DNA of 63,422 nt, filler included, from Nemertoderma westbladi (lineage: Eukaryota > Animalia > Xenacoelomorpha), in NCBI GenBank assembly GCA_032718475.1. It is 3 parts of 3 records of this genome, joined end to end, with 100 filler letters (N's around TTAATTAATTAA, not from the genome) between each part and the next. Parts side by side here need not be neighbours in the genome. Positions count along the whole stretch, not along the records: positions 1 to 24,724 come from JAUCBJ010002684.1; 2 more parts are not named here. One strand, given 5' to 3'. Shown in pieces: positions 1-12,561 of the stretch. The notes beneath the pieces are model-generated. The model was given only the letters and a program-made list of their open reading frames with translations, was not told the origin of the DNA and made no database searches. How positions within the stretch are numbered: position 1 is the first letter of the stretch; each line of letters opens with the position of its first letter. Position numbers and translations under genes: made by a program.

Positions 1-334
1 GGTTACCGTTACTTTGTAGGATAAAATTTGGCCCTAAAAAAAAGGCCTTAACCTTGGTGGTTGGTTGGCTTTTCCGCCCAGTAAGCAGATTGATCGATTT
101 CCATGCCTGGGATGATTGCCTGCTGTCGTCAGCATCATTGATGGCATCAACCTGCCGAGTCTGATGCCGTTGATTCAGAACCGACGTTAAATTATTATAA
201 ACTTAATAAACTTAACTATATACTATACAATACATACATCATTGTGAATTGTGATATTGCTATATACAACTGCATTTCGTCAATTGTATTATAATTGTTG
301 AAACAACATCATCTGCTATTCATAATAGGGAATA

Positions 335-1249
335 ATGTCCAGTCAGAACCAACGTCGATCTAGCCTTAGTCAACGAGATTCTTGTGGTATGGCTCCCTCA
401 ACAAAACAGGGGATAAAATCCAAAAGTCCAAGATTAAAACCAAGACCTGTAGAATGGGAGACAGTGAAAGTTGAATGCACAATCTGTCTTCACACATGGA
501 CCGAGGTTGAGATTCGAAAGAAATCAGATATTATAAATGAGCCTTTCTCGTGTGGTTTCTGCTCTGCTGAACTCATCAACAAACTCCAGCAAGCACTTCA
601 GATGCTCCAAGAATCCCACTCCAGTAAGTCTGATGTGCTCTACACGGAAATTCAGAATGCAGCAGATAGTGCATCTGCCGAAAGCAAAGATATATCCTCA
701 GATGTGTCTTCCTTGCGGATTGAATTAGAGTCTCGGATTGATGAAATCGCGGCCACAACCTGCGAAGTTAAGGACAAATTAAATAATATTGAAACTGTTG
801 GAGGCGGGCTCGGTTCCGGTTGCAGTGAAAATAACTCTTGGGCTGATATTGTCAAGAAAAATGCTGACCAAATCGGCAATCTAACAAAGAAACTTGAGGG
901 TGCAGCGGCCACTACTACTAATACGCAATCCTTGGAGAGCATAGAGAAAATCATATCTGTAAATGAGCAACGCAAAAAGAATGTTATAATTCGTGGTGTA
1001 CCAGGTGATACTCAAGCTACTCCTGAAGCCCAACGTCTTTCCGATAACCAGTTCTTACAATCAACCTTACATACTTCCCTTCCTCACCATGGGATATCCC
1101 GCCTGGGGAAGAAAAGAGATGATGGAAAGCCACGTCCTCTACGACTAATATTTCAATCATCAGAAACTGCCTACAGAGTCCTGGAAATGAAATCATTCAC
1201 AGTGGAATCTGATTCAGCTACTGTGCGATATTATTTTGACAAGGACCTT
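335..1249 (+). CDS. LINE ORF1, 5' part (305 aa): CxxC...CxxC (PHD-like) finger, coiled coil, RRM-like region
   Basis: CTIC...CGFC; RKKNVIIRGVP and RLGKK..GKPRPLRL motifs typical of LINE ORF1. The apparent stop at 1256-1258 lies inside the inserted TIR. Confidence 0.85.
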
Positions 1250-4200
1250 CCCAGTTAAACATGAATATATGTTTCATATGTGGTATATATATGTTGTATG
1301 GAATAGGTGTGTCAGAAAATTAGGCTTTTATGTTCATATATGAAAAATACATGTCACGCATATGGTGATACATACACTTAAGAATGTGTGTATCACCATG
1401 TATGGTATTTATATGTTGTGCATATGTATTTTCATAAATAAATGTGTGATAATACGCATATGAAAAATATATGGCCAACATATGCGAAATAGCCATGACA
1501 TGTACAAGACCATCCATAAACTATTCAATGCGTAATTGTGTAATTCAGTTTATGGATTTTATATGTTACACACATGTTTGGCGTATGGAGACAGTATAGG
1601 CTGATACATGTACAAAATAGAAGAGCGATAGGGGCATGCGGAATTTGTTGTTGCCATCACTCAGCTTTTTGAGTTAAAGACATGGAATGAAATATATTTT
1701 GATCAGTTTGTATAATATAAAACCTCGATGAAGCTATATTTTTTGGGTATTTTTTTTAAGTACCGGCTATTTAACCATTCTGTATAATGTATAATCTGCC
1801 CAGTTGCATGGACTTTAGTGAAGTAACCGTAGCCGATCGTTCAATTATAAAAGTATAAAAGTAATATTATTATTAATAAAAGCCATTTCCTAGCCTGCTC
1901 CTGTCCTGTGAATAACCTCGCCCTGTAGCTTTGCTGCTTTTTAGCTATGTAGCTAGTGAATCGTAATATTAACCCAAATAATATTTAAAATTTATAGTAA
2001 TATTTACCCATAATGCATTGCGCATCACGTTTATTGTATTTGAGCACTGGCTACCGGCCACATACCTTATTATTTACTAACCTGCTCCTGTTACCTTTCT
2101 TTATATAACCACGCAGTGTACCTTGCTGCTTAGCTAGTGAATCGTCAGTGAATCGCATATTATCTTATGTTTTACCCATAATGCATTGCACAACCCGCCT
2201 TTCATAGGCCACTCATTACTGTTCTGTGCTGCAGTGTGCAATCAGGCAGTGTGTGACTTGCATACTTGTTGCTTTGTTGCCATACCCTGATGCTGATACC
2301 TGCATAGGCTGCTGGTACCGTACAATGAACACCTACACCATGCACCATGCAGCCATGTACTGTAACTGAAAACTGTACCGTACACCTTCTGACCTTTCTC
2401 TGTTTCTGCCTTTTCCTTTCGCATTTGCAGTGCTGTACACTGTCAGACTGTACCGTACAGCCGAACCTCTGTGCTGTACCTGGTACCTGAAATATACCAG
2501 TATACAGCTGTACAGTACTGGGTGTATTGCAGTACTACTGCAGTAATAACAGAATTAGGCAAACCGCAGACTGCTGGACTGCCAGACTGCAGGCAGGCTG
2601 GCGCTGGACAGGCTGTCCTGTATGGTTATTGGTTATGTCTGTATGTTGCCGGCTGGAAAAATCCTAGGTTTTTTTAAAGAAACAAATACAGAAATACCGT
2701 ACCGCACCGGTCAGCCGGTAGGCCTACTGGTCTGCCGGTAGGCCTAGGCAGTAGGTTTAGGTTTTATACAGGTTTTTAAAAAAACATTTAGAAAAATTTA
2801 GATTTAGTAAAAAATGTCAATATTGACATGTCCATGTCAATTTTGATATGCCCCATCCTGGAGAAATTAGCTCTACATGTCAATATTGACACAAGCAGAG
2901 CAGACATGTCAATGTTGACAAAGTGCCCGACAGTTAATTTACCGATGTAGGCAGTAGGCCCTACCGGTACATAATTACTGAATTATTGCGGTCCGACGAA
3001 TCTGTACAAAAAAAGTACAAAAAAATACAAAATAGTACAATACCGGTATAATAGTACAAAAGAGTACAATAAAGTGCAAAAATAGTACAAAAGAGTGCAA
3101 AAATAGTAGGCCTACAAAAGAGTACAAACGAGTGAGAAACGCATACAAAACGGGTCCTACGAATTACCGCAAAAGACCGCAAAAGACCAAAAAAGACCGC
3201 AAAAGACCGCAAAAGACCACAAAAGACCGCAAAAAACCACAAAAGACCGCAAAAAACCACAAAAGACAGTAAAAGACTGCAAAAGACCGTAAAAGACTGC
3301 AAAAGACCACAAAATAACAGAAAAGGCATGGATATACTGCAAGACAAATTACCGCAAAAGACCGCAAAAGACCACAAAAGACAGCAAAAGACCGCAAAAG
3401 ACAGCAAAAGAATGCAAAAGACCACAAAAGAGCACCAAGAAGTGAAAATTTTGTATTAGCGAGTGTCAGGCGCAGTCAGGCAGTCAGGTCAATGTATAGA
3501 AGTTTTGTAGATCTACATTATGAATCAGACTGTCTGATCTGAAATTATTATACAGTAGGCCCTACATTGTCATAATGTATTAATTAGATTTTGATACAGT
3601 TCAACATTTATTTCACAACTTTATTATTGTTTTAGGTTTGCTGGATGGAAATGTGGGAAGGTGGATGGGAATGTGAATGTGGGAATCAATAAACGCTGTT
3701 GTTACCTACCAATTTAAGGAAAGGAACAGGTTACAGCGGCAGCATTCTAACCAAAACAATAAACTATGTTGTTAACGGCACCAACCACAGTACAAATTGA
3801 GGTAAAGTAGCAGAGGATCGGACAGCCACAGCACAATGATCGGTGAACAAAACAAGCCCAAAACAAACAAGCCAATAAAAACAAAGAAGACAATGAGAGA
3901 GATGGCAAAAAACAAAATATTGTAGTTAAAAAGTACTGTAAAAGTTTAGTATGGTATGGTCAATGGTCATTATGTGATTACGGGTCTGCCTAAACACCCA
4001 ACTACACCCAACTTTAACCTAACTGCATCCAACTTACACCAAACTATACTGTATGGCACCCAACTTCCACAAATTATAATATGTACAGTAACAAACTCTG
4101 AACTTCTATGAGGAATTGCTGAGATATGAGCTTTTTAAAAGCTTCATGTACTGTATTTTGCACCCACTGCTGAGCAATTTATGAAAATACTGTAACAAAC

Positions 4201-4572
4201 TAACGTTTATATTTATTGCAGGTTGGTTCTAGAATAATTGATAAATTTAACAATAAATGTACAAAGGAGAGATACAGACTATTGGCGAACGACCAACAGA
4301 TGCCGACATATACCACGCACCGAAACTCCAAACTAATGAAGCACAGTACAAACTAAACTGGCGCTGTGTTAATGTAAAAGGTATTGATACACAGGAGGGT
4401 CACAGCCTTAACGACGAAATCTCATTGGAAGCTTCTGTTATGGGAATGGCAATGCTATAATTCGTTCAAAATTAATAGACATAATATTCAATATTATACA
4501 GTATGTTTAATGCAATTATAATTATGTAATTATCCTTTATGTATCATGATACAGTAACCCTTTTAAATAACG

Positions 4573-4669
4573 TCCTATTGGATCCTATTAGGATCCTAAT
4601 AGGATCCTATTAGGCTCCTAATATGATCATATTAGGCTCCTAATAGGATCCTATTAGGTTCATAATAGG
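4573..4669. repeat. 11-bp quasi-palindromic tandem array (GGATCCTA[T/A]TA)n, ~8 copies
   Basis: Read directly; units alternate TATTA and TAATA. Confidence 0.85.
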
Positions 4670-5406
4670 AATATAATAACCTTTAGGAAATCACTTGGAA
4701 TTTGCCTAATGCAAGTCTACCTAGAGCGGCTAAATATCAAAGCTTAGAAATGCCTGTCAATCAACCTCCCGGAATAGCTGAAAGTAGTAAAGAGAGCCGC
4801 TTTATCTAGTGGTTGAGTTGTATTTCCCTTCCCCTGACTTATCTTACAACAACAATACTCCATAGGCATAGGCTAATGTTAAATATGCGAAGAACACACT
4901 GGCTTTAACACAACATCTGGACACATTAACATACATGACACATGATAAATTCATTATTTGAATGTTATACAAATTTAGTACTGTACTTTGTATTTTCTTA
5001 CCTTTAATACTGTATCAGGGAGCCCAGTATAGGGTTAACTTAAGACCCAAGAAGTCCAATATACAGCGACATACAGTATATGTAAACTAAGATATGTACA
5101 CCCATACAGGGAAACACAAAGTGCTTGAATATTTGAATTTGTAGTGCCTGAATTTATGTCTCTATAATTAAAAAAAATTACTTGTTTTTAGGCCAATGTG
5201 AACTTTCCCAGAGTGCCCAGGAAAGTCGAAATAAAATACGTCAACCTTTGTTTAAAGAGGTGGGTAGGTGGCTCGGTCAGTGGGATGGTAGGAAGGTGGA
5301 TGGGAAGATGGGAATGTAGGAAGGTGGATGGGAATGTGGGAATGTAGGAAGATGGGAATGTAGGGAGATCGGAATGTGGGAAGATGGGAATGACGTTATT
5401 TTTACC

Positions 5407-5652
5407 TACCAATAGAGGGAAAGGAGCAGGTTACAGAGGCGGGCTTTTCTAACCAAAACAATAAACGATATTTTTACCAATTGAGGGATAGGAGCAGGTT
5501 ACAGAGGCGGGCTTTTCTAACCAAAACAATAAACGATATTGTTACCAATTGAGGGATAGGAGCAGGTTACAGAGGCGGGCTTTTCTAACCAAAACAATAA
5601 ACGATATTGTTACCAATTGAGGGAAAGGAGCAGATTACAGAGGCGGGCTTTT
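5407..5652. repeat. 68-bp tandem repeat, ~3.6 copies
   Basis: TACCAAT unit starts at 5407, 5475, 5543 and 5611. Confidence 0.9.
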
Positions 5653-8600
5653 GTAAACTGACGGAGATTAAATTTTGCTTTATTTTTACTAATTGCAATT
5701 GTGCGCTAAGTCTCGCCATGACTGCGTGACTCATCCCACAGAACATCCAGCTCTCCACACAACTATCACCCAACTACTCTCAACTTTGACTCACTTTCAC
5801 CCAACTACGCTCCACTTCCACCCAACTACATTCAACTTTCATCCAACTACACTTAACTTTCACCACTTTCTCGCACCCTATGTCAGAATTTTTCAAAATA
5901 AAAAATTATAAAGCAAATTATAAAGTTGCCAAAAACCATACAAATTCTAATATACATCGCTTTTTTGGATGTGGAGTTGTGTAGGCCATACAGTACAATA
6001 TATCTAATGTTTAGTTCAGAGGCATAACAGGTATTTTTCGTTCTGGAACTGAAATTTGGTGATACACGTAATTTTTAAAATTTCGTGACCATGGTTTTCT
6101 GCGATTGTGGGTCGAGCCACGCAGTAAAGGCGAGCCTTAACGCACAATGATAATTAGTAAATAAGGCAAAATTTCATGTATGTGCGTCCGTCTTTCTGTC
6201 TGTCCATCTGTCTTTAATGAAAAATACATTCGTAAATAACTTTTGAAGATTTTAACCATTTTCAACAAAATTTTGTATGGGCGTACTGGAGAAAAAGTTC
6301 CAATATTTTAGAAAGTTACGGGCAAATACCTCTCGAACTTTTGGAATATTGGCATATCCTACTGTACATATACTGTATGTACTACAGACCACAGGCCGCG
6401 TCTATATGATTACATTGATCAACGTACGCAATTCTCTACCTTAGTGTGATGAATTATTAGTTCCACTAAGATCTGTACTGTATAACGATCTTATCGATTC
6501 TCGTAAAGATCTTGTCCATTCTGGCATTGCCTGTATGTGAATCATAATAATAATGATAATAATAAGAAAGAATAAGAAGTAATGATATTAAGAAGTGAAT
6601 CATAAGTTCTTTGCAGAATTTATCTTGATATGTACAGATCTTACCAGATCCCATTTTAGTTTATCAAAAATGTAAAAAGTTATAAAATTATTTCTGTTGT
6701 TTTGTTATAAATTATTATTAATTAATATAAAGGCCATGATTTTTAAAATAAAGCTGCTTAGTTTTTTTCTTGTATTCTATGATACATAAAGGATAATTAC
6801 ATTATTATAATTGCATTAAACATACAGTACTGTATAATATAGAAATTATGTCCATTAAATTTGTACTTATTATAAACATTGTCATTCCTTACAACAAAAG
6901 TTTCCAATGCGATTTCGTCGTTAACAGTGTGACCCTCCTGTATATCAATACCGTTTTCATTTCCACCGCAATCCCACAGCGCCAGTTTAGTTTGTACATG
7001 TAGCTTCATTAGGTTGGGATTTTGGTGAGTGGTATATGTACTGTAGACATCTGTAGGTATCTGGATCGTTCGCCAATAGTCTCGGTCTCTCCTTTGTATA
7101 TTTATTGTTAAATTCATCAATTATTCTAGAACCAACCTGCAATAAATATAAACGTTAGTTTGTTACAGTATTTTCATAAATTGCTCAGCAGTGGGTGCAA
7201 AATACAGTACATGAAGCTTTTAAAAAGCTCATATCTCAGCAACTCCTCAAAGAAGTTCAGAGTTTGTTACTGTACATTATTATAATTTGTGGAAGTTGGG
7301 TGCTATACAGTATAGTTTGGTGTAAGTTGGATACAGTTGGGTGTAGTTGGGTGAAAGTTGTGTAGTTGGGTGGAAGTGGGGTGCAGTTGCTGAGTTGGGT
7401 GAAAGTTGGGTGTTTGGCAGACCCGCAATCACATAATGACCATTGCAGCATTGACCATACCATACCGAACTTATACAGTACTTTTTAACTACAATATTTT
7501 GTATTTTGCCATCTCGCTCATTGTCTTCTTTGTTTTTATTGGCTTGTTTGTTTTGGGCTTGTTTTGTTCACCGATCATTGTGCTGTGGCTGTCCGATCCT
7601 CTAATTTGTACTGTGGTTGGTACCGTTAACTACATAGTTTATTGTTTTGGTTAGAATGCTGCCGCTGTAACCTGCTCCTTTCCTTAAATTGGTAGGTAAC
7701 AACAGCGTTTATTGATTCCCACATTCACATTCCCATCCACCTTCCCACATTTCCATCCAGCAAACCTAAAACAATAATAAGTTGTGAAATAATTGTTGAA
7801 CTGTATCAAAATCTAATTAATACATTATGACAATGTACTGTATAATAATTTCAGATCAGACAGTCTAATTCATAATGTAGGTCTACAAAACTTCTATACA
7901 TTGACCTGACTGCCTGACTGCGCCTGACACTCGCTAATACTAAATTTTCACTTCTTGGTGCTCTTTTGTGGTCTTTTGCAGTATTTTGCTGTCTTTTGCG
8001 GTCTTTTGCTGTCTTTTGTGGTCTTTTGCGGTCTTTTGCGGTAATTCGTCTTGCAGTATATCCATGCCTTCTCTGTTCTTTTGTGGTCTTTTGCAGTCTT
8101 TTGCGGTCTTTTGTGGTTTTTTGCGGTTTTTTGCGGTCTTTTATGGTCTTTTGCGGTATTTTGTGGTATTTTGCGGTCTTTTGTGGTCTTTTGCGGTCTT
8201 TTTTGGTCTTTTGCGGTAATTCGTAGGACCGTACAAAACGTGTATACCAGCAGACCAGTGTAGTACCGGTATACACTACACTACACTTTTATACAAATAT
8301 AATTAATTGTAAGCAAATGCAATGGCACCGAAATATGCGCCGCTACAGCTGTACAGTGTCAATCACCAGTGGCCTTGGTTCTGTGGTCAGTATGAAATGA
8401 TTGACATAACTTTGATTCATGTCGATTTTGACAGGCATACAAGTAGAAATAGGCTCTACAGTTCGTATAATACAATACAGCAATATAATGCAATACATAC
8501 TATGCATGCACTATGCAGTGGGTAGATGAAACTCCTATACCGGTAACTGAGATTCAAAATTTAGGTCATAGTCTTAAAGTAGCCCATATACTGAAGGATA

Positions 8601-9131
8601 GACTGTATGCTACATTATGTGTAGGCTATGTGTGTATGCCTTTATCTGCAACTTTATTTCTCCCTCTGCAATTTTGCGGGCTTGGGACCGTTTTTTGTGT
8701 TTTTTGAACACAAAAAGCTGCATTAAAACACAGCTAGATCATCCCCCGCTCAATGCATGGCTCGCCCCACAATCAGACAATGCGTTGTTTTATTTTGCAC
8801 ATCATGTGCGCCCCCCTAAACGATTTGAACTACACTTGGATACACGTTTTGCAAGCGTTTCTCAATCGTTTGTACTCTTTTGTACTATTTTTGCACTCTT
8901 TTGTAATACTGTACTAGTTTTGCACTTTATTGTACTCTTTTGTATTCTTTTGTACCGGTACTATTTTGTATTTTTTGTACTTTTTTGTACAAATTCGTCG
9001 GACCCGAATTATTGTATAAGACAGCCTATCCTATAGGCCTATAGGATATATTGTATAGGATAGGAATATATTGTATATAATTATTTTTTTTACTTATTAA
9101 ATTTTAAGTCTGAGATCCAGTTTGGAGTTTA

Positions 9132-11189
9132 ATGGCTTCCCGAATGCAGCAATATAGAAAGCGAAGGCTGCAGCTTGTTGAGGATTTAATATCTGTATCT
9201 GAGGCCATTGGCTTAGGCCTATCCAATCCTGATTCAGTCCTCCACGTTCAAACGGATGCACCATCATGCCACCATGACACACTCAGCAGCTTTGATCTAG
9301 ATCAGGGTGCACCTGCACGTGGTTCCAGTAATAATACAGAAACCGATTCTAATGATTCCGAATATTATTCAGATGATTCTGATAACTCTTCTTCTGAGGC
9401 TGACTTTATAATTGATGACGCTTCCACCAAAAAGTATACGAAATCAGGCAAGCCGAGCTGTATTGAAACTAATAATTTGTGTTGTGCGATTTTAAATTGG
9501 TTAAAAGGCAACAGCTCAGTGTCTGACAATGCTGCTTCCGATCTTTTGAAAATTTTGCATTATCATGTGTCAAAGCATCTCCCACGAACTGCAAAAACCT
9601 TGCGCATCAACCACTCTGAAAACACGCCTCAGGAATTAAAAAGTTGCATATCCTCTATTTCAAATATAGCAGGGGGGCGAATGGTTTTTTTTGGAATCCC
9701 TGAAAAGTTTAAGGGGGAAGTAATCACCATTAATATCGATGGTCTTCCTATCTCGAAATCTTCAAATAACACGCTTTGGCCTATTCTTGGAAGTGTTGAA
9801 CTGAAGTCTGAGTTGTGTGGAAGCGGCATATTAGGTGTAGTTGTTAAAGTTTTTCAAATAGCTCTTTGGATTGGTACTACAAAGCCAAGTAATATAAACC
9901 TATATATGGAGTATCTCACTAACTATTCCTTGAATAATGATGTGAAATACAGAATAGCTATAATGGACTCACCTGCACGCAGTATGGTTCTTTGTGTGAA
10001 GGGCCACAGTTCTTATGACCCATGCACCTACTGTAAGCTTTGGGGTTGTAGGTATCAAACATCCAGAGGACAGGTATCAAGTACTGGTACCGGTAATGCT
10101 ACGAGAAAACGGAGCAAAATTATTTACCCAGACCATAGCTTGCCACTACGAACTGACTCGGATTATATGAATATTGTTGATTCACATCACCAATATTCGT
10201 TAACTCCTTTGCGATCTATCTTAAAACTGAGTACTCAAATTCCTCCTGACTATATGCACTGTGTCTGTCTAGGTATTGTGAGGCAGTTAATACATTGTTG
10301 GGTTACTACTGACTCAATATGTAATAGAAAGCATCCGTTGCCATGTGTCTTGAAACCTAGTACTAAGGCAGTTCTAAATTCTCTCCTCCAGTCATTTGGG
10401 TTGTCAATGCCACTCGTATTCAATCGTAAGCTTAGAGGATTTAATGATATTAATCATTTTAAGGCCACTGAACTTCGAACTTTTATATTATATGCTTGCC
10501 CTTTATTGGTAGATTTTCTGCCAGATATTTATGTTAATAACCTTATGCATATTCATGTTGCGCTCCGAATTATGGTGTCTATGCAATTGGTAAGCTCACC
10601 AAATTACCTTGAATATGCACATAATCTTATATTAACATTTCATAGTGGTCTTGAGGAGCTTTATACCCCTGCTATATATACATTTAATATGCATTTAATA
10701 ACACACTTGGCATATTTTTGTTCCTTGTATGGTGCACTTGATAGATGGAGTGCCTTCTCTTTCGAAAATTATATGTCTTCTATAAAACGAAGCATTAAAA
10801 CAAAGAGAATTGATCTGATGCTTCAAGAGGTAATAAACAAGGGCTTTGATAGAGTGAGTTCCGCTTCACCGGAAAATACCCATGGAGCAAAGATTGGAAA
10901 GGGAAATTGCATATTTGCAAATGGCATGTATATTTTGATCTGCCATGTAGAACATAGGCCTAGTAAAAATAATAAGATTATAAGTTTAACTGGGCAGCGT
11001 CTGGAGTTTCTAAACGATTGTTTCACTCAACCATGCAAAAGTTCTCATTATGGTGAAGGTTTTTTTAAAATTCCTTCACCGGATAGAAATATTGAACAAT
11101 TTGACATCTCAGACTTTCGCTGGTGTATATGCATGCCCATGACTTTCAGAAACGATAATGTTTATTATATTAGTGTGTTGTGTAACTAA
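9132..11189 (+). CDS. CMC (CACTA/EnSpm-type) DDE transposase, 685 aa, intact
   Basis: Motifs INIDGLP.SKSS..LWPIL, DSPAR..KGHSSY.PC..C, PPDYMH...LG, FKATELRTF, NMH...HL...GAL..WSAF.FEN; lies between CCC...GGG TIRs. Confidence 0.9.
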   Translation: MASRMQQYRKRRLQLVEDLISVSEAIGLGLSNPDSVLHVQTDAPSCHHDTLSSFDLDQGAPARGSSNNTETDSNDSEYYSDDSDNSSSEADFIIDDASTKKYTKSGKPSCIETNNLCCAILNWLKGNSSVSDNAASDLLKILHYHVSKHLPRTAKTLRINHSENTPQELKSCISSISNIAGGRMVFFGIPEKFKGEVITINIDGLPISKSSNNTLWPILGSVELKSELCGSGILGVVVKVFQIALWIGTTKPSNINLYMEYLTNYSLNNDVKYRIAIMDSPARSMVLCVKGHSSYDPCTYCKLWGCRYQTSRGQVSSTGTGNATRKRSKIIYPDHSLPLRTDSDYMNIVDSHHQYSLTPLRSILKLSTQIPPDYMHCVCLGIVRQLIHCWVTTDSICNRKHPLPCVLKPSTKAVLNSLLQSFGLSMPLVFNRKLRGFNDINHFKATELRTFILYACPLLVDFLPDIYVNNLMHIHVALRIMVSMQLVSSPNYLEYAHNLILTFHSGLEELYTPAIYTFNMHLITHLAYFCSLYGALDRWSAFSFENYMSSIKRSIKTKRIDLMLQEVINKGFDRVSSASPENTHGAKIGKGNCIFANGMYILICHVEHRPSKNNKIISLTGQRLEFLNDCFTQPCKSSHYGEGFFKIPSPDRNIEQFDISDFRWCICMPMTFRNDNVYYISVLCN

Positions 11190-11283
11190 TTATACGGAAC
11201 CTTGGCAGTTAAAATTATAGGCCTATCTTTAATTACGGTACCTATATATATATTTATATATAAATGTATAGAACATATATGTC

Positions 11284-12561
11284 ATGGATTCGTCGACCAC
11301 ACCAATATATAGGCCTACTGATGCTATTGTATATTGCCGTGAAGGAACAAATAGGAGTTACTTTACTGTAAATATTGACCGAGAAGTTATCGATTCGGTT
11401 AAGCCGAAATTTAGTGGCACATATGATGTGAATTGGGAAGAAAAGGGGAAAATATATACATGTCTCATTTTGTCTCATGGCTCAGTTAATGATACGTCCT
11501 TCATGGCTGTGTTGGATAAAGCCCGGGAAATGCAGCGAAAGCATTTCAGCTTTAAACAGGTTGCGTCTTCACTCCCTGACAAAGTTTTACCCAATACGAG
11601 AGATCGTCTACGTTTTCATCCCTATTCCGCATTAGGTCAACCAATATCTTCGTCATGTGATGAAACTAACCGCCCTCAACATCAGCGGTTCAGGTCTATA
11701 TCAAAGCCTAGTGCACCAACACGAGTCCATACACAAATTCCCAATCCTCCGTTTCCTTCATCGTTGTATATAAATCCAAATAACTCTCAACCCCAAACAT
11801 ACTCTCGTAAAAACATAGCTTCCCCTTTAATGTCCAATGCGAATGTTGTATGCGCTTCTTCTCCACATATTGGCGATGTTCCAGAAACCAATGTCATGGA
11901 GCATAATATCGTAAGGGCCATGCCTTTGACTCCAACACTCCCTGTGACTTCAACAACTCAGGATTCAACCTCCAACTTAGTATCTGTGCTGAAAGACCAA
12001 GGCGAATTTGATCCCAAATATAGGGTGGATGTTAAGTCAATGACAGACCGACAACTCGCAGAATCGAATTACCTCCTAAATGTTATGAATAGATCAACAC
12101 TACATTCGTATTGTGTCCGCATTGGAAATTTAGACAAAAGGTTAAATAAACTTGCTAACTTGATGAAAGAGAACAACGAAACAGAGGAAATTACCACTTC
12201 CTTTCAAGAAACTGTCGTAAATCCAGCAAAATCCAGTGCTGACTTGGAGTTTATGATATCCAACCCTTCAGTTATTAATAGTCTTTCAAAGAAAGGTGGT
12301 AGCTCACTCCGAGAAACTGTTGGGCTCCAAGTTAAGTCATTAATATCGCGAGAATTTGCGAAAGAATGTTCAATGTCAGGAAGAGGACAGGGTAACAAAG
12401 ATGTTGGGAAACTCGCCCTGATGAAAACTGTATTCCCTATGTTGTTGAAGATTAATTCTAATCGCCCAGACTTCACAGTGTCGTCCCTTAAGAGAGCCTT
12501 GTTTAAAGCGCATCGACAACTGGTTGACAATCGTCGTATTGTGCAATCTGATAAAGGGTGA
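11284..12561 (+). CDS. CACTA accessory protein, 425 aa, C-terminal DUF4806/BEN-like region
   Basis: Long ORF 94 bp after the transposase, same strand. Low-complexity middle, coiled coil, then GGSSLRETV...LISREFAKECSMSGRG..K, resembling DUF4806. Confidence 0.65.
   Translation: MDSSTTPIYRPTDAIVYCREGTNRSYFTVNIDREVIDSVKPKFSGTYDVNWEEKGKIYTCLILSHGSVNDTSFMAVLDKAREMQRKHFSFKQVASSLPDKVLPNTRDRLRFHPYSALGQPISSSCDETNRPQHQRFRSISKPSAPTRVHTQIPNPPFPSSLYINPNNSQPQTYSRKNIASPLMSNANVVCASSPHIGDVPETNVMEHNIVRAMPLTPTLPVTSTTQDSTSNLVSVLKDQGEFDPKYRVDVKSMTDRQLAESNYLLNVMNRSTLHSYCVRIGNLDKRLNKLANLMKENNETEEITTSFQETVVNPAKSSADLEFMISNPSVINSLSKKGGSSLRETVGLQVKSLISREFAKECSMSGRGQGNKDVGKLALMKTVFPMLLKINSNRPDFTVSSLKRALFKAHRQLVDNRRIVQSDKG

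Larger units (their letters stand above)
3153..8231. mobile_element. Foldback-type element with ~1.4-kb inverted arms (3153-~4553 and ~6771-8231)
   Basis: Termini GGTCCTACGAATTACCGCAAAAG; 10-bp ACCGCAAAAG arrays at both ends; arms align as reverse complements. Direct repeat TACAAAACG at 3144-3152 and 8232-8240. Confidence 0.85.
2989..9005. mobile_element. Non-autonomous MULE/foldback-like element (outer), TIRs ~170 bp
   Basis: Termini (C/G)GGTCCGACGAAT(C/T)TGTACAAAAAA with AGTACAAAAG subrepeats at both ends. Direct repeat GAATTATTG at 2980-2988 and 9006-9014 (boundary ambiguous by 1 bp). Confidence 0.8.

Noticed and set aside
2961-3427. Hydrophobic FAVFCGLL-repeat ORFs (also 7851-8276)
   Set aside because: Translations of the 10-bp TIR subrepeats; open in several frames only because the repeat lacks stops.
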